IMG/VR virus record: IMGVR_UViG_3300039452_000031 | From: a virus | Lineage: Duplodnaviria; Heunggongvirae; Uroviricota; Caudoviricetes | Direction: 5' to 3' (one strand) | Length of the DNA stretch: 55,222 nucleotides | In this document: in pieces, positions 1 to 9,497 of the stretch | Position numbering within the stretch: position 1 is the first letter of the stretch | Layout of the letters: each line of letters opens with the position of its first letter | The notes under the pieces: model-generated | Told to the model about the DNA's origin: nothing | Seen by the model: only the letters and a program-made list of their open reading frames with translations | Database searches by the model: none | Program-made: the position numbers and the translations under genes

Positions 1-185
1 TAGTCCTCAATGCGAGGACTGATGCAGTAGGTTTTGGCTGCAAAAGGGAGCCACGACAGGTCCAGTGCATTCGTGGTCTCAGGGCTCTTTTCAATCTCAA
101 CTGCAGGATCGTCGGCAATCATTGTCCCGACGATAGATCGCTTAGGACGGTTGCCGGCCTCTGAATAGGCCTTGGGGAACAGCAT
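1..185 (-). CDS. Partial CDS running off the left edge; possible head-morphogenesis protein (prohead protease-like is a guess)
   Basis: ATG at 185, 1 nt after the stop of the 187-573 gene; open frame MLFPKAYSEAGNRPKRSIVGTMIADDPAVEIEKSPETTNALDLSWLPFAAKTYCISPRIED to the edge. No catalytic motif is visible. Confidence 0.5.
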   Translation of the reverse strand, partial: MLFPKAYSEAGNRPKRSIVGTMIADDPAVEIEKSPETTNALDLSWLPFAAKTYCISPRIED

Positions 186-186
186 A

Positions 187-573
187 TCAAACTCCTGCGA
201 TAACGAGGATACCCTTCGTACCACCATTGGTGATTCGGAGGGCCGTTGCCGGGTTCTTCATCTTCGTGATCGTCCCCGGAACGAGGCCTGCGATATCAGA
301 GACCCAACTTGCACCGGCGGCCTGCTCGGGATTGATGGCCAGGTCAGCGGGAGCCAGTGTGGCATCGACAGTGAACGAACCACTAAGAGCCTGACAGAAG
401 ATGCCCTGGAACATGACGTGCTCGTGCCCGAAGAGGTCAACAGTTGGTAGGAACGCCTCCTCATTGGCCTCCAAGGTAATCTGCACCCACCCGAAGGGCA
501 CCTTCTGTGTGTCGATCCCGGAACCCGTCCGAGTCGGGGAAGTGCCTGGGCCGTGGTTTCCGATGATCTTCAT
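187..573 (-). CDS. Hypothetical protein, probably virion structural (beta-rich, 128 aa)
   Basis: AAGGAG upstream of the ATG; G/T/V/I-rich composition; packed tightly between neighbours. Confidence 0.65.
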   Translation of the reverse strand: MKIIGNHGPGTSPTRTGSGIDTQKVPFGWVQITLEANEEAFLPTVDLFGHEHVMFQGIFCQALSGSFTVDATLAPADLAINPEQAAGASWVSDIAGLVPGTITKMKNPATALRITNGGTKGILVIAGV

Positions 574-583
574 TCCCTACTCC

Positions 584-1024
584 TTACTGGGCTTCAGTCT
601 TTTGGGCAGCGTCAGCGGCGGCCTTGGCATCAGCAGCTTCTTGAGCAGCCTTGGCATCGGCTTCAACCTTGGCTGCGGCCTCGGCAGCCAGCTGGGCGGC
701 CTCTTGTTCGGCGGTAGCCTTAGCTTCAGCCTCTGCCTTTGCAGCTTCCTCTTCAGCAGCAGCTTTAGCCTTGGCTTCAGCGTCTGCGGCTTCTTGAGCA
801 GCCTTAGTCTCCGCATCCTTGGCCACCTGATCCGTGGCGGTCTCAACTTCCTTGCCTTGGGACTTTAGCCACTCACCAAAGCGATGGAACTCCTCGCCGA
901 TGTTGCAGCCGATGTGGAACATAAAGTCCCTAGCCTTTTGGAGGTCGGTGATGAGAAGTTCGTCACCTTCGGAGATGACGTGGCCGGCTGCGCGCATGGC
1001 GTTCTTCAGTGCAGAAATACTCAT
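584..1024 (-). CDS. Ala/Glu/Lys-rich coiled-coil protein (possible internal head or scaffold-like protein)
   Basis: AAGGA upstream of the ATG; C-terminal half is low complexity (AEAKAKAAAEEEAAKAEAEAK...). Confidence 0.7.
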   Translation of the reverse strand: MSISALKNAMRAAGHVISEGDELLITDLQKARDFMFHIGCNIGEEFHRFGEWLKSQGKEVETATDQVAKDAETKAAQEAADAEAKAKAAAEEEAAKAEAEAKATAEQEAAQLAAEAAAKVEADAKAAQEAADAKAAADAAQKTEAQ

Positions 1025-1059
1025 TATCAGTTTCCTTGTTAGGTCGTTACGTGATGAAA

Positions 1060-4000
1060 TTAAGCGTGAACGTCAATGGTCTCATCGTCCTTGGACGAGA
1101 CCTTCTTCACCGAACGGGCTGCCTTATTCAGTTCGTCCTTGTTGGTGATCTGAATGCCGGCCTCCAGCAACGAGTTGATGACCTTGTGAGCACCTTGAAT
1201 GTTGTTAACGAACACAGACAGGGTTGAATCACTGTGCATCCACCGCACACCGGGCACCTTGTACTTGGTTGAGATAGCCAACTTTGAAGCCGGTTGACCA
1301 GCAGCGGCGGGTAGGCACAGATACGCAACACCATAGTTCGGGGCCACACCATTGCGTTCAGCCTCACGAACAGCGGCTGCATCCGTATCACCGCCGTCGG
1401 TAACGATGGCGAACATATTCAGCATCTTCTTGTCCGCTGTAGCCTTCCAAGCCGTACGCAGGTAGTTCTTGAAGCCAGCCTTGGACATCATGCGGTCGTA
1501 GTGACGGTGACCACTGATATTCGACTTCGACAACTCATCGACCAGGATCTGGAACGTATCGTTGTCGACCTGCGATGAGGTTTCAAAACCTCCTTGAGCC
1601 CATGCTTGAGCCTGCTTGATCAAGACACGGTAGTTCTTGATCCTCGTGTAGTAGTAGGCAGGGTCCATAGAGAAGCCTAGGGCTTCCAAGGCCTTCACGG
1701 CACGAGTGTCCTTACCAACCACATAGGAGAGCCGCATGTAACCATTAAGCATGGACAGCTCAAGACCAATGGACAACTTCTTGCCCAGCTTCTGCGATTG
1801 ACGCAGGGCGTTCCGCTTTTCCTCTTCTGCCTGACGCTCCTGTTCACGCAGTTCCTTTTGGGTGATCGTGGTTTTCTTGGCCATAGGGCTTGGTGCCGTG
1901 ATCGGGGCAGTCACCGTCAAACCTGCAGCCTGAGCCAACTTGTTCCTCATGTCCGTCGAATTGGTTTCCGTACGGGTGATGATGAATACGTTGGTAACCC
2001 GAAGGGCGCGTACCGTTGTGCCGTCGTCAAGCTTGACACGAAGGCTTCGGATCTCGCCGTTCTTCTGAGCTGCACTGACGATCACGCCATCCCCGAATTC
2101 AGTATGACATCGGAGACCCATGATCTTGGCTTTCGCCTCCTTGACAGCTTCAGACTCTGTGCCTTCTTCCTCTTCCTCCATCACCTCATCTTCTGCACCC
2201 TCGACAACTTCAGTGCCAAGGAAGTTATCGACGCGGACCAGACCAAGTTCGGATGCCTTGTAGAGCTCCGTACCTTGGGCGTAAGGAACACGAGCCAGAA
2301 TGGCCGCCGATGCAGGGTTAGCTGCTTTCGGAACCTGCGTGAAGTGGAAGCCACCCTCGGCCGTGATCTTGGCCTTATACTCCGCGTTCTCATCCTTAGT
2401 CACCTGGTTCAATTGCGCCATCGACTGCGCGTACTGAAGCAGGTTGGACTGGAAGTCGTTTTGGGTCTGGATTGTGTTCAACGTCATGGGGATAATTGGG
2501 ATATCCTCGATGGCGTCATAGGCAGGATTGCCAGAGTTTTCAAACTTGGCTAGGGCAACGATCTTGGCTCTCAGTCGTGCAGCCTTAGTGATGTCAATGG
2601 TCTGGTTGGCGACCAAGGTAATGAAGAGCAGTTCGTCCCGCTTGTCACCGCCAGGGCCGAAGTACGGACGTTCAATACGTGAGTCACCTTGCTCCTGTTC
2701 GCCTGGAGTCCACGTGCCTTCGAGACGGCATAGCAAACCCGCAACTTGAAGGTTAAGCCCCACTTCAAGGGATTTGCGAATACCAATCATCCACCGGATC
2801 TTGGGATCGGTCTTGAAGCGGTTGACGTGCTCTGTCTTTTCTGAAGCTGAGTACAGAAGGCCGCACTCCTGAAGCTCAGGTGGCATGGCCTTGAACAGCG
2901 ATTCAGCGGATGCATTGTAGTTAACGAACACCAGAGCCTTGGACTTGTGGGTGTCTAGGAAGCTCTTGAGTCGGTTGGCCAACTCTACAGCCTTCGGAGC
3001 CTTCAGGTCTTCTCCGGTGAGGGGTGGATGGCGGCGACCGTTAGCATCAACAAATCCATCACGAGCGTAGGGGTGACTGGCAGGATCGGTAACGAAGCGC
3101 TCGATATCCGCAAGGTACGGCTGCAGGCTCATGCCCACGTCGCCCTCTTCGTCCAGAATATCGCCCTCACCTTCCTCTTCGCCCTCAGTTTGGCCAAGAT
3201 CACCAAAATCCTCTTCGTCCTTCTCCGTGGCCTTCTTGCCCTCCAGCTTTTCCAGCAGCTTCTTGGCCGCACCGCTACGCTCCGCATCCTTACGAATCAT
3301 CATGACCATGTCGTCAAAGATGGCGTTATAGCACTCGCGTTGGGCTTCTGTGAGTTCGACGGAGACAAACAGATCCTTACGTGGAGGCAAAGCGCACGCC
3401 CACTCCTTACGTTTGGCTGAAGTCCAGACGACGGAGCCCTTGATCTGGCGCATGATATCGCCAACGTTATTGCGACCCTTCTGACGCCACTTCATAACAC
3501 GGTCACCCCGGACGTCCTCACCGTAGGTGTTGTTGAAGTCCGAACGGGAACCCAGAATGGTGGGATCCAGTAGACCAACTTGGCCCGGAAGGTCCGACGG
3601 TGAGTCAGGATTCAGTGTACCTGAGGCAATGCGCTTCTTGGGGATGTCGGCAATAAGGGACAGAACACTGAGAGCACGTGAGGACTTGGCATTCCTAAGG
3701 TAGTGGCTTTCGTCCATGAAGGCATACCCGGGCTTGAACTTACGAAGAGCCTCGATGACAGGGTACACGTAGGTTGTTGCCGTACCATAGACCGTAGCCT
3801 TGGCTCGGAATTTCAGGACATCGTAGTCAACAACCAGGACAGTGTTGATGGGCGCCGTGGCCAGCATGTCCATATATCGAGCCAGACCGGTGACCCGCAC
3901 GCAGTAGGACGTTACAGGGATAACGTTCACCAGACCATCAGTGAACTCAACAAGTTCCGACACGTAGTTGGCAACCAAGTGCGATGGGCACATGATCAGG

Positions 4001-5844
4001 TACGGGGCGCTGCGATGGGCTTTAATCTCGTACAGCACGTCCGTGATGGCAAGCATAGACTTGCCGCCACCGGCATCGACCGACAGAACCGCGTTGTCAG
4101 GGCTTTCACGCAGGAGATTCCGAACCTTAGCCTGATGGGGGAGCATACCGCCCTCAGGAGACTGGAACTTCGAGGTTATAAGCGGTGCGGCGGGCGGAGC
4201 CCAGTTTGGGTCCAGCCCTTGGTTAATTGCCGACTTATTCTTCTCATTAGCTTCGGCACGAACCTCAGATACACGTGAGCCATACTCGACAACCACGCCG
4301 AGCATACCCATAGATTCGGTAACGGTCTTGACCGCGTAGCGCTCGAACAGAACTTCCTGATTAGCCAACGCGCCTTGGTACAGGGCTTTCAGGAAGCGCA
4401 TGATAGGAGCCCACAGCTCAGGCTCAGTGCCGCCTTCAGCGATATCAAGGTATCGGGCAACAAAGGCTTCGTTATGAGCCACTTCGGTCTGAATTATGGA
4501 ATCGAAGTATTGGCCAATGTCTTGACCTGATCCCATAACACCGTAATCAGAAGCTTGGAGAGGGACCTTAGACAGCGCCGCGTAGACTGCCATGTTGTTA
4601 ACCCAGCCCTCAGGCAGGTCACGTCTCAGCAGATTCATGGCCGCCGAAGCACTGCACTTGCGCATGTGCTCCAGACCCACGACCACAGGCTTACCAACCG
4701 ACGAGGAGTAGGTGAACTTGAGATTCACCCAGTCAACGAGGATCGGAATGTTGCGAGGCAGAATAGGTTCTTCAGGAGTTGCTGGCGTGCGGAGAGCGAA
4801 GACACCGCCTTCCTTGTTACCTGCGGCCGTGAGCTGGGACTCGTACTTGGCTGTTTGGTTGCAGTCCTTAGGCAGCCAAATAGGCTCCCCAACGGAGTTG
4901 ATGGTCAACCCATATTGGTCAACGCGAGTGTCATCCGGATCATGCGGAGGCAAGGTGGCCGCAATCTTGGACAAGCTCATTGCCGTCTTGCCGTAGTCAC
5001 GGGAGACAAAGTTCGCGTCAACCCAAGCTGAGAACAGCGGATAAAGGTCAACGGCTCGGATCTCCAGCCAATCGGTGGACAGCATGTGCACCGCTTCCTT
5101 GGCCATGATCTTGAATTCGAGGAACACCGTCATACCAGACTTGGTATTCCAAGCATAACGGATACCTGTTAGGCACTGACTAAACAGGGCCTTTGTGGCT
5201 TCTGGAAGACCAGTGCGACCTAGGTAGTTCTTAGCCGGGTAGAGTTCATCCCCGTCACCTCGGGCAACCAGCGCCTCATATTCCTGACGAGCGTCGTCGG
5301 TTAGCGTGACGCTCGTACCAGAGAACAGGGATAGAACACGGTCAATGCCTGACGAATCTCGGAGCTGGAGAACCGGAAGTGAGAGCTGGAAATGGGCGTC
5401 CGTGCCGTTGACCTTCTTCAAGGACACGAACTGCTCAAGGTGTTGTTCGTACCTACGGTTGTACCAGGTCTTAAGGTCAGCCATAGCTGCCTTACGAGCC
5501 ACCCTCTCCTCAGGAGTTTTAGCACGAGGGAGCTTACCGACAGAAACGATAGACGTGTCGGTTAGAGGCGAGATGGCGAGCTTGAGCAAGGTCTTGATAG
5601 GATCACCGGAGTACTCCCAACCAAAGACGCCCAGGAAACCAGCCTTAAGCTCCGGCTTAGGGAGTTGATACTTAGGGTCCGGGATGAGGTTCGTGGTCGG
5701 GCGCTTGACCTCGAAAGCCAGCAGTGCCTGCTTAACCGGGGAAGGTACGAGCATGTCCATGTTTTTCTGTCCTATCCAAAAAGAAGAGTTCGTAGCACTT
5801 GAGTTCACCCTTTTCTTCCGCATCGAGAAGATCCTGGGCTTCAA
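1060..5844 (-). CDS. Very large SNF2/SF2-family helicase-ATPase (up to 1594 aa; true start may be the ATG at 5760)
   Basis: Walker A DAGGGKS, Walker B MDESH, motif III ASGT, and C-terminal helicase motifs EVGLNLQ and WTPGEQEQGDSRIER. Confidence 0.85.
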   Translation of the reverse strand: MKPRIFSMRKKRVNSSATNSSFWIGQKNMDMLVPSPVKQALLAFEVKRPTTNLIPDPKYQLPKPELKAGFLGVFGWEYSGDPIKTLLKLAISPLTDTSIVSVGKLPRAKTPEERVARKAAMADLKTWYNRRYEQHLEQFVSLKKVNGTDAHFQLSLPVLQLRDSSGIDRVLSLFSGTSVTLTDDARQEYEALVARGDGDELYPAKNYLGRTGLPEATKALFSQCLTGIRYAWNTKSGMTVFLEFKIMAKEAVHMLSTDWLEIRAVDLYPLFSAWVDANFVSRDYGKTAMSLSKIAATLPPHDPDDTRVDQYGLTINSVGEPIWLPKDCNQTAKYESQLTAAGNKEGGVFALRTPATPEEPILPRNIPILVDWVNLKFTYSSSVGKPVVVGLEHMRKCSASAAMNLLRRDLPEGWVNNMAVYAALSKVPLQASDYGVMGSGQDIGQYFDSIIQTEVAHNEAFVARYLDIAEGGTEPELWAPIMRFLKALYQGALANQEVLFERYAVKTVTESMGMLGVVVEYGSRVSEVRAEANEKNKSAINQGLDPNWAPPAAPLITSKFQSPEGGMLPHQAKVRNLLRESPDNAVLSVDAGGGKSMLAITDVLYEIKAHRSAPYLIMCPSHLVANYVSELVEFTDGLVNVIPVTSYCVRVTGLARYMDMLATAPINTVLVVDYDVLKFRAKATVYGTATTYVYPVIEALRKFKPGYAFMDESHYLRNAKSSRALSVLSLIADIPKKRIASGTLNPDSPSDLPGQVGLLDPTILGSRSDFNNTYGEDVRGDRVMKWRQKGRNNVGDIMRQIKGSVVWTSAKRKEWACALPPRKDLFVSVELTEAQRECYNAIFDDMVMMIRKDAERSGAAKKLLEKLEGKKATEKDEEDFGDLGQTEGEEEGEGDILDEEGDVGMSLQPYLADIERFVTDPASHPYARDGFVDANGRRHPPLTGEDLKAPKAVELANRLKSFLDTHKSKALVFVNYNASAESLFKAMPPELQECGLLYSASEKTEHVNRFKTDPKIRWMIGIRKSLEVGLNLQVAGLLCRLEGTWTPGEQEQGDSRIERPYFGPGGDKRDELLFITLVANQTIDITKAARLRAKIVALAKFENSGNPAYDAIEDIPIIPMTLNTIQTQNDFQSNLLQYAQSMAQLNQVTKDENAEYKAKITAEGGFHFTQVPKAANPASAAILARVPYAQGTELYKASELGLVRVDNFLGTEVVEGAEDEVMEEEEEGTESEAVKEAKAKIMGLRCHTEFGDGVIVSAAQKNGEIRSLRVKLDDGTTVRALRVTNVFIITRTETNSTDMRNKLAQAAGLTVTAPITAPSPMAKKTTITQKELREQERQAEEEKRNALRQSQKLGKKLSIGLELSMLNGYMRLSYVVGKDTRAVKALEALGFSMDPAYYYTRIKNYRVLIKQAQAWAQGGFETSSQVDNDTFQILVDELSKSNISGHRHYDRMMSKAGFKNYLRTAWKATADKKMLNMFAIVTDGGDTDAAAVREAERNGVAPNYGVAYLCLPAAAGQPASKLAISTKYKVPGVRWMHSDSTLSVFVNNIQGAHKVINSLLEAGIQITNKDELNKAARSVKKVSSKDDETIDVHA

Positions 5845-6064
5845 GTCGTTTTAGTTCGGTATAGCGTTGGCCATCGAGATCATCAAGGTCAACGCCCATG
5901 TCTTTGCCGCTTAAGCGACGCATGCAATCTTTAAAGCGGGGGTCCGTGTGCCTTATTAAATCTTGAGCTAGGAAGGAGAGTTTGGCCTTCTGTTCTGCGG
6001 CAGCAAACGAACCAACGTTTAGAGCCTTGCCTTCCCGACCTCCGTATTTCCAGATGCAGTTCAT
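5732..6064 (-). CDS. Hypothetical protein (110 aa)
   Basis: ATG at 6064 overlaps the TGA of the upstream gene (ATGA). Confidence 0.6.
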   Translation of the reverse strand: MNCIWKYGGREGKALNVGSFAAAEQKAKLSFLAQDLIRHTDPRFKDCMRRLSGKDMGVDLDDLDGQRYTELKRLEAQDLLDAEEKGELKCYELFFLDRTEKHGHARTFPG

Positions 6065-6705
6065 AGCCACCTCAGCGGCTGGGTCTTGAAAGGTCGGTAG
6101 GAGTTCATCAACGGTTCCCACAACTGGTGCAGGATAAACTCATCCTCAGATAGGGGACCATCATAGTTCGGAAACAGAGGGCACCGAATTGTGTAGCCAA
6201 TGATCCACCTGTGTGGTATGGAAATCATTGGGTTCCGAACGTAGACAGTTAGACCTGGGTCAAGATGTAGTACCGTACGACCTAGCTCCTTTTGGATTTG
6301 GAAGCGATAGCCAAGGGGGAGCCGCCAAAGCTTTCGGTACCAAGTTGGGTCATCTTCGCGGATACGGGCCTCAATCGTGATCGAGAACCCATAAGGCTCA
6401 ACGTGAACTTCCCGCGTTATGGCTCTCAGAATCTTCCGACCCTGCATGAGCTTCGTAACGTTCAGGAACCTTACGAAGGTATGCCTCTTCTTATAGAGGT
6501 AGTTCCTAATCGCGAGATTGATGTCCACATCCTTTAGTAGCGGCAAAAGGCCAGCACGTTCACATCCCTCGGTGTAGTTGTGGAGGGCTGTGGACCATGC
6601 TAGCCGTCTGTCGGTCGGAAGGTTAGCGCATGCCGCAAACCATATGTCCACAGCATGCGGATTGAAGTCCTTCGGAAACTCCAGAGGATGTGGAGCGGCA
6701 TTCAT
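6061..6705 (-). CDS. Hypothetical protein (214 aa)
   Basis: Long ORF on the coding strand, coupled to its neighbours. Confidence 0.7.
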   Translation of the reverse strand: MNAAPHPLEFPKDFNPHAVDIWFAACANLPTDRRLAWSTALHNYTEGCERAGLLPLLKDVDINLAIRNYLYKKRHTFVRFLNVTKLMQGRKILRAITREVHVEPYGFSITIEARIREDDPTWYRKLWRLPLGYRFQIQKELGRTVLHLDPGLTVYVRNPMISIPHRWIIGYTIRCPLFPNYDGPLSEDEFILHQLWEPLMNSYRPFKTQPLRWL

Positions 6706-6716
6706 ACGCTTGATAA

Positions 6717-7340
6717 TCAGTAGGTGCTGGGCACCAGGTCATCCCTTAGGAGTTCCTGTTCACTAGGTTCTTCCACGCCACCATCGTCGTGCGTCAGCTC
6801 CTGAACCTCAGGGGTATCCTCGCCATCAGGCTCACCATCGACTAGGGTTTCGAATTGCTCACCCGTCGACAGCGGATCTTCCAGACCCTCTGTGGTGTCG
6901 TCAACATCGGCCGCCATACCGTTGGGTGCATCGAGGGGGCCCTCGTCAACGGTCGAGTTAGCCATCAGGCGTTGAGCAGCTTGGATTTTCATAGAACTCC
7001 TTATCTCGGCAGGTACGATTCTGTCAGTTGGTATGGTGGCAAGGAATTCCAGGACCTCCGGGTGACCGTTGATCACACAGTGGTACATTCCTTTAGACAC
7101 CGTACCGTTGTAGGCGTCTGCTAATTTGTGACCTTGAGGGTCAACCAGTAGGCAATGTGTAGGTATGCCCTCATCGCCTACCAGGCAGATGTAGCCTGTG
7201 GTATTTGGATTGTTACGGAGGAAGCGGGCCACTGTCGAACGGCAGTCCTTGCCGATAGGACGTGTGCCGTCGATCATCGCAGCCAGTACATCCAAGTAAC
7301 CGCGAATGGTCGAGTTCTGGACTCTCACTTGTGCTTCCAC
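6717..7340 (-). CDS. Hypothetical protein with an acidic C-terminal half; possible nested in-frame start at 6992
   Basis: GTG start at 7340; internal AAGGAG-TTCT-ATG at 6992 begins MKIQAAQRLMA; D/E-rich tail. Confidence 0.65.
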   Translation of the reverse strand: MEAQVRVQNSTIRGYLDVLAAMIDGTRPIGKDCRSTVARFLRNNPNTTGYICLVGDEGIPTHCLLVDPQGHKLADAYNGTVSKGMYHCVINGHPEVLEFLATIPTDRIVPAEIRSSMKIQAAQRLMANSTVDEGPLDAPNGMAADVDDTTEGLEDPLSTGEQFETLVDGEPDGEDTPEVQELTHDDGGVEEPSEQELLRDDLVPSTY

Positions 7341-7546
7341 TTCCGCGCGTTCTCTGCGAACTGCGCCATCTTGGCGGCGTGACCGCCCGCCTTCTTGCCC
7401 TTCGCGATATCCGCGTCCGTGATCGGCTCGTCCTCAGATTTTCCGAGCCACTTGTGGAACCCACCCTTCTTAAGATCCAGATGCATGGGCTCTCGGGCTT
7501 CCACCTGCGTGGTGGCCTCAAGACGGGCTTTGGCTTCGATCTTCAT
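7325..7546 (-). CDS. Small basic protein with MKIEAKARLEA N-terminus (73 aa), probable internal virion protein
   Basis: ATG at 7546; shares the N-terminal motif with three other ORFs in the window. Confidence 0.7.
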   Translation of the reverse strand: MKIEAKARLEATTQVEAREPMHLDLKKGGFHKWLGKSEDEPITDADIAKGKKAGGHAAKMAQFAENARKWKHK

Positions 7547-7556
7547 TTCCGTTTTC

Positions 7557-7910
7557 CTATGGCTTGTAGGGCTTAAGCGCAGGCTTGCGGCCCCAAGGGT
7601 TCTTCGGCTTCGGACGTTCATGATCACCGTGCCTCATATGCGAATGCCGTGCCTCATGGCAGTCTTTGCATACCGTGATCAGATTGGCCTTAGTTGAAGT
7701 ACCGCCCCGGCTCAAGGCCAAGACGTGGTGCACATCTGCACCAGGACGACCGCAGACGCGACCGCCAACAATAGCACGGCAACGACCGCCATCACGGTCA
7801 AACACTTCCTTTCGGATTGACCACCAGCTGGTTCCCGTACTTGAGTTTGAATAGTTGTCACGCTGGATCCTTGCCGTGCCGTTGAATAGGCGCTTGGTGC
7901 GGGCCTTCAT
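7557..7910 (-). CDS. HNH endonuclease (short, Zn-binding type)
   Basis: RDGGRC...C...DVHH...GG...NL...CKDCHEARH matches the HNH/McrA-like pattern. Confidence 0.9.
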   Translation of the reverse strand: MKARTKRLFNGTARIQRDNYSNSSTGTSWWSIRKEVFDRDGGRCRAIVGGRVCGRPGADVHHVLALSRGGTSTKANLITVCKDCHEARHSHMRHGDHERPKPKNPWGRKPALKPYKP

Positions 7911-7922
7911 ATGAAATTGTGT

Positions 7923-8273
7923 CTAGCCGTTGGCGTTGTTTTGGCCCTGCCCTTGCGATCCGTATATTGGCGGATCAGTAGGGCGAGACGAAAAATAGAA
8001 ACGGATAACCGCACCCTGAAGAGCCATGAAAGGTGCTAGGACCGCGGCAATCAAGACCGCCGCATCGGAGCCCTGACCTTGATGGACCTCAGCGAAGTGC
8101 ATTCCCCAAGTAGTCAGCTTGTAGGTCCAATACAAGGTCACCACGCATACGGCGTGTTTGTCGATGTCACGGTGATCAGCAAAGTCAAAAAGGCCTGTGA
8201 AGGCCTCCTTGGTTAACTTAATACCAGATTTGATTGCGGCCCTCAAGTAGGCGCCTAGTGTTTGGGTAGTCAT
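7923..8273 (-). CDS. Membrane protein with two hydrophobic segments (holin-like topology possible)
   Basis: Hydrophobic stretches AVCVVTLYWTY and AAVLIAAVLAPFMALQGAVI; ATGA overlap with the upstream gene. Confidence 0.6.
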   Translation of the reverse strand: MTTQTLGAYLRAAIKSGIKLTKEAFTGLFDFADHRDIDKHAVCVVTLYWTYKLTTWGMHFAEVHQGQGSDAAVLIAAVLAPFMALQGAVIRFYFSSRPTDPPIYGSQGQGQNNANG

Positions 8274-8500
8274 TCGCTACCTCCAAGAGGCATCCTTTCA
8301 GGATCGTAGGAAATATGTCGAGCGTGATTCATGTATTTCCTACACCCTGGACATGGAGTTTCAGATACGGTAGTAAACCGACCTTCGTGAATCACGCTCT
8401 TGGTTAGACTACGGTAGACCATACCGCATTTGCATTCCACCTCATGTGGTCCGTACTTGCGAAGAGGTTCCCAGTCAATCTGCGGGGTGGTCATTGGCAT
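8270..8500 (-). CDS. Small Zn-ribbon protein
   Basis: CKC...CPGC cysteines; AAGGAG upstream (the ATG at 8494 is better spaced). Confidence 0.65.
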   Translation of the reverse strand: MPMTTPQIDWEPLRKYGPHEVECKCGMVYRSLTKSVIHEGRFTTVSETPCPGCRKYMNHARHISYDPERMPLGGSE

Positions 8501-8504
8501 CTCC

Positions 8505-9497
8505 TTAGGCGAAGGTCATCTCGCGGCTCGGATCCGGATAGATCCATTCGCCTGACAGCGAGGTCTTTGAGTATTCCACGACCGTGACCTCGAAGAAGTT
8601 CTTTAGCGTGTTGCCGGTGATTTCCTCAACGAAAGGCAGGGGGTTCTCTGAGATGCCGTATTGGGGCTTGAAGCCCATTTGCTGCATGCGGTAGTCACCA
8701 ACGTAGCGAACGTACTGCTTACCTTCGTCAGCAGTCATCGCCGTGTTGGAGCCCACGGAATACGCTAGGTCGATCGAGGCGTCCTCGATGGCGATAACCT
8801 GCGTATACAGGCGATAGACCCAGGCCTTGAACTCGTCGTTAACAACCTCCGGATGCTCGGTCAGGAATTGCTTGAGAAGCAGAATCAGACCATGGACATG
8901 AAGACTCTCATCCGTGATCGACCACTGGTTAATGGACACCATTCCAGGCAGCTTGCCCTCCTTGCCGAAGGACAACAGGTTGGCGAACATGCCGAAGAGA
9001 TTAACGCCCTCCATCAGGACCTGTTTAGTCAGGTACTTAGCGATATTGGTCGGGGTGTCGAGCTGCACCTCGGCGATCATGAACTCGTGCTTGGCAACCA
9101 GAGCCTCATACTGCAGGAACTCTGAGGCAAAGGCCTCTGTGTCATAGCCAAGAGTGTCATTCAGCCTCTTGTAGCCGATGATGTGTGTGGTTTCCCGAGC
9201 AGCAAAGCCTAGGAGCATGATGCGCGCATCAGCCTGTCGGAAGATGGGAAGCAGCTTCTCCACGTAAGAGGCGCATACATTGTGGTCCGACTGAGTGAAC
9301 AGTCTGAGGATCATCTTGATAAAGGCCTTGTTCTCGACCGTGATCTTGCCATTCGACCACTGCTCAACGTCGGTACGCATGTCCGCTTCGTCCACATTCC
9401 AGTGGGCACGCTCATGCTGCTTCCAGACCTCTTGAAAGGCCATGAACTTGGGAACGAAAATCTCCTGGGGCACCAGGACGCTAACTTCACTCATCAT
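8505..9497 (-). CDS. nrdB: Ribonucleotide reductase class Ia beta subunit
   Basis: Diiron ligands D (QSDHNV), ExxH plus radical Tyr (RETTHIIGY), E (MEGVNLF) and DESLH; TGATG overlap with nrdA. Confidence 0.95.
   Translation of the reverse strand: MMSEVSVLVPQEIFVPKFMAFQEVWKQHERAHWNVDEADMRTDVEQWSNGKITVENKAFIKMILRLFTQSDHNVCASYVEKLLPIFRQADARIMLLGFAARETTHIIGYKRLNDTLGYDTEAFASEFLQYEALVAKHEFMIAEVQLDTPTNIAKYLTKQVLMEGVNLFGMFANLLSFGKEGKLPGMVSINQWSITDESLHVHGLILLLKQFLTEHPEVVNDEFKAWVYRLYTQVIAIEDASIDLAYSVGSNTAMTADEGKQYVRYVGDYRMQQMGFKPQYGISENPLPFVEEITGNTLKNFFEVTVVEYSKTSLSGEWIYPDPSREMTFA

Noticed and set aside
584-1024. TolA or tape-measure homologue
   Set aside because: The resemblance is compositional only; there is no TM anchor and the protein is far too short.
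1798-5668. Plus-strand ORFs opposite the SNF2 gene (for example 1798-2553, 3703-4278, 4555-5031)
   Set aside because: Antisense shadows of a long coding frame; no RBS or motifs.
7923-8273. Firm holin/lysis cassette call
   Set aside because: Two hydrophobic segments are present, but no endolysin or spanin is adjacent.
8505-9497. Unusual (metal-free or Tyr-less) RNR beta subclass
   Set aside because: All carboxylate and His ligands and the radical Tyr are present, so it is standard class Ia-type.
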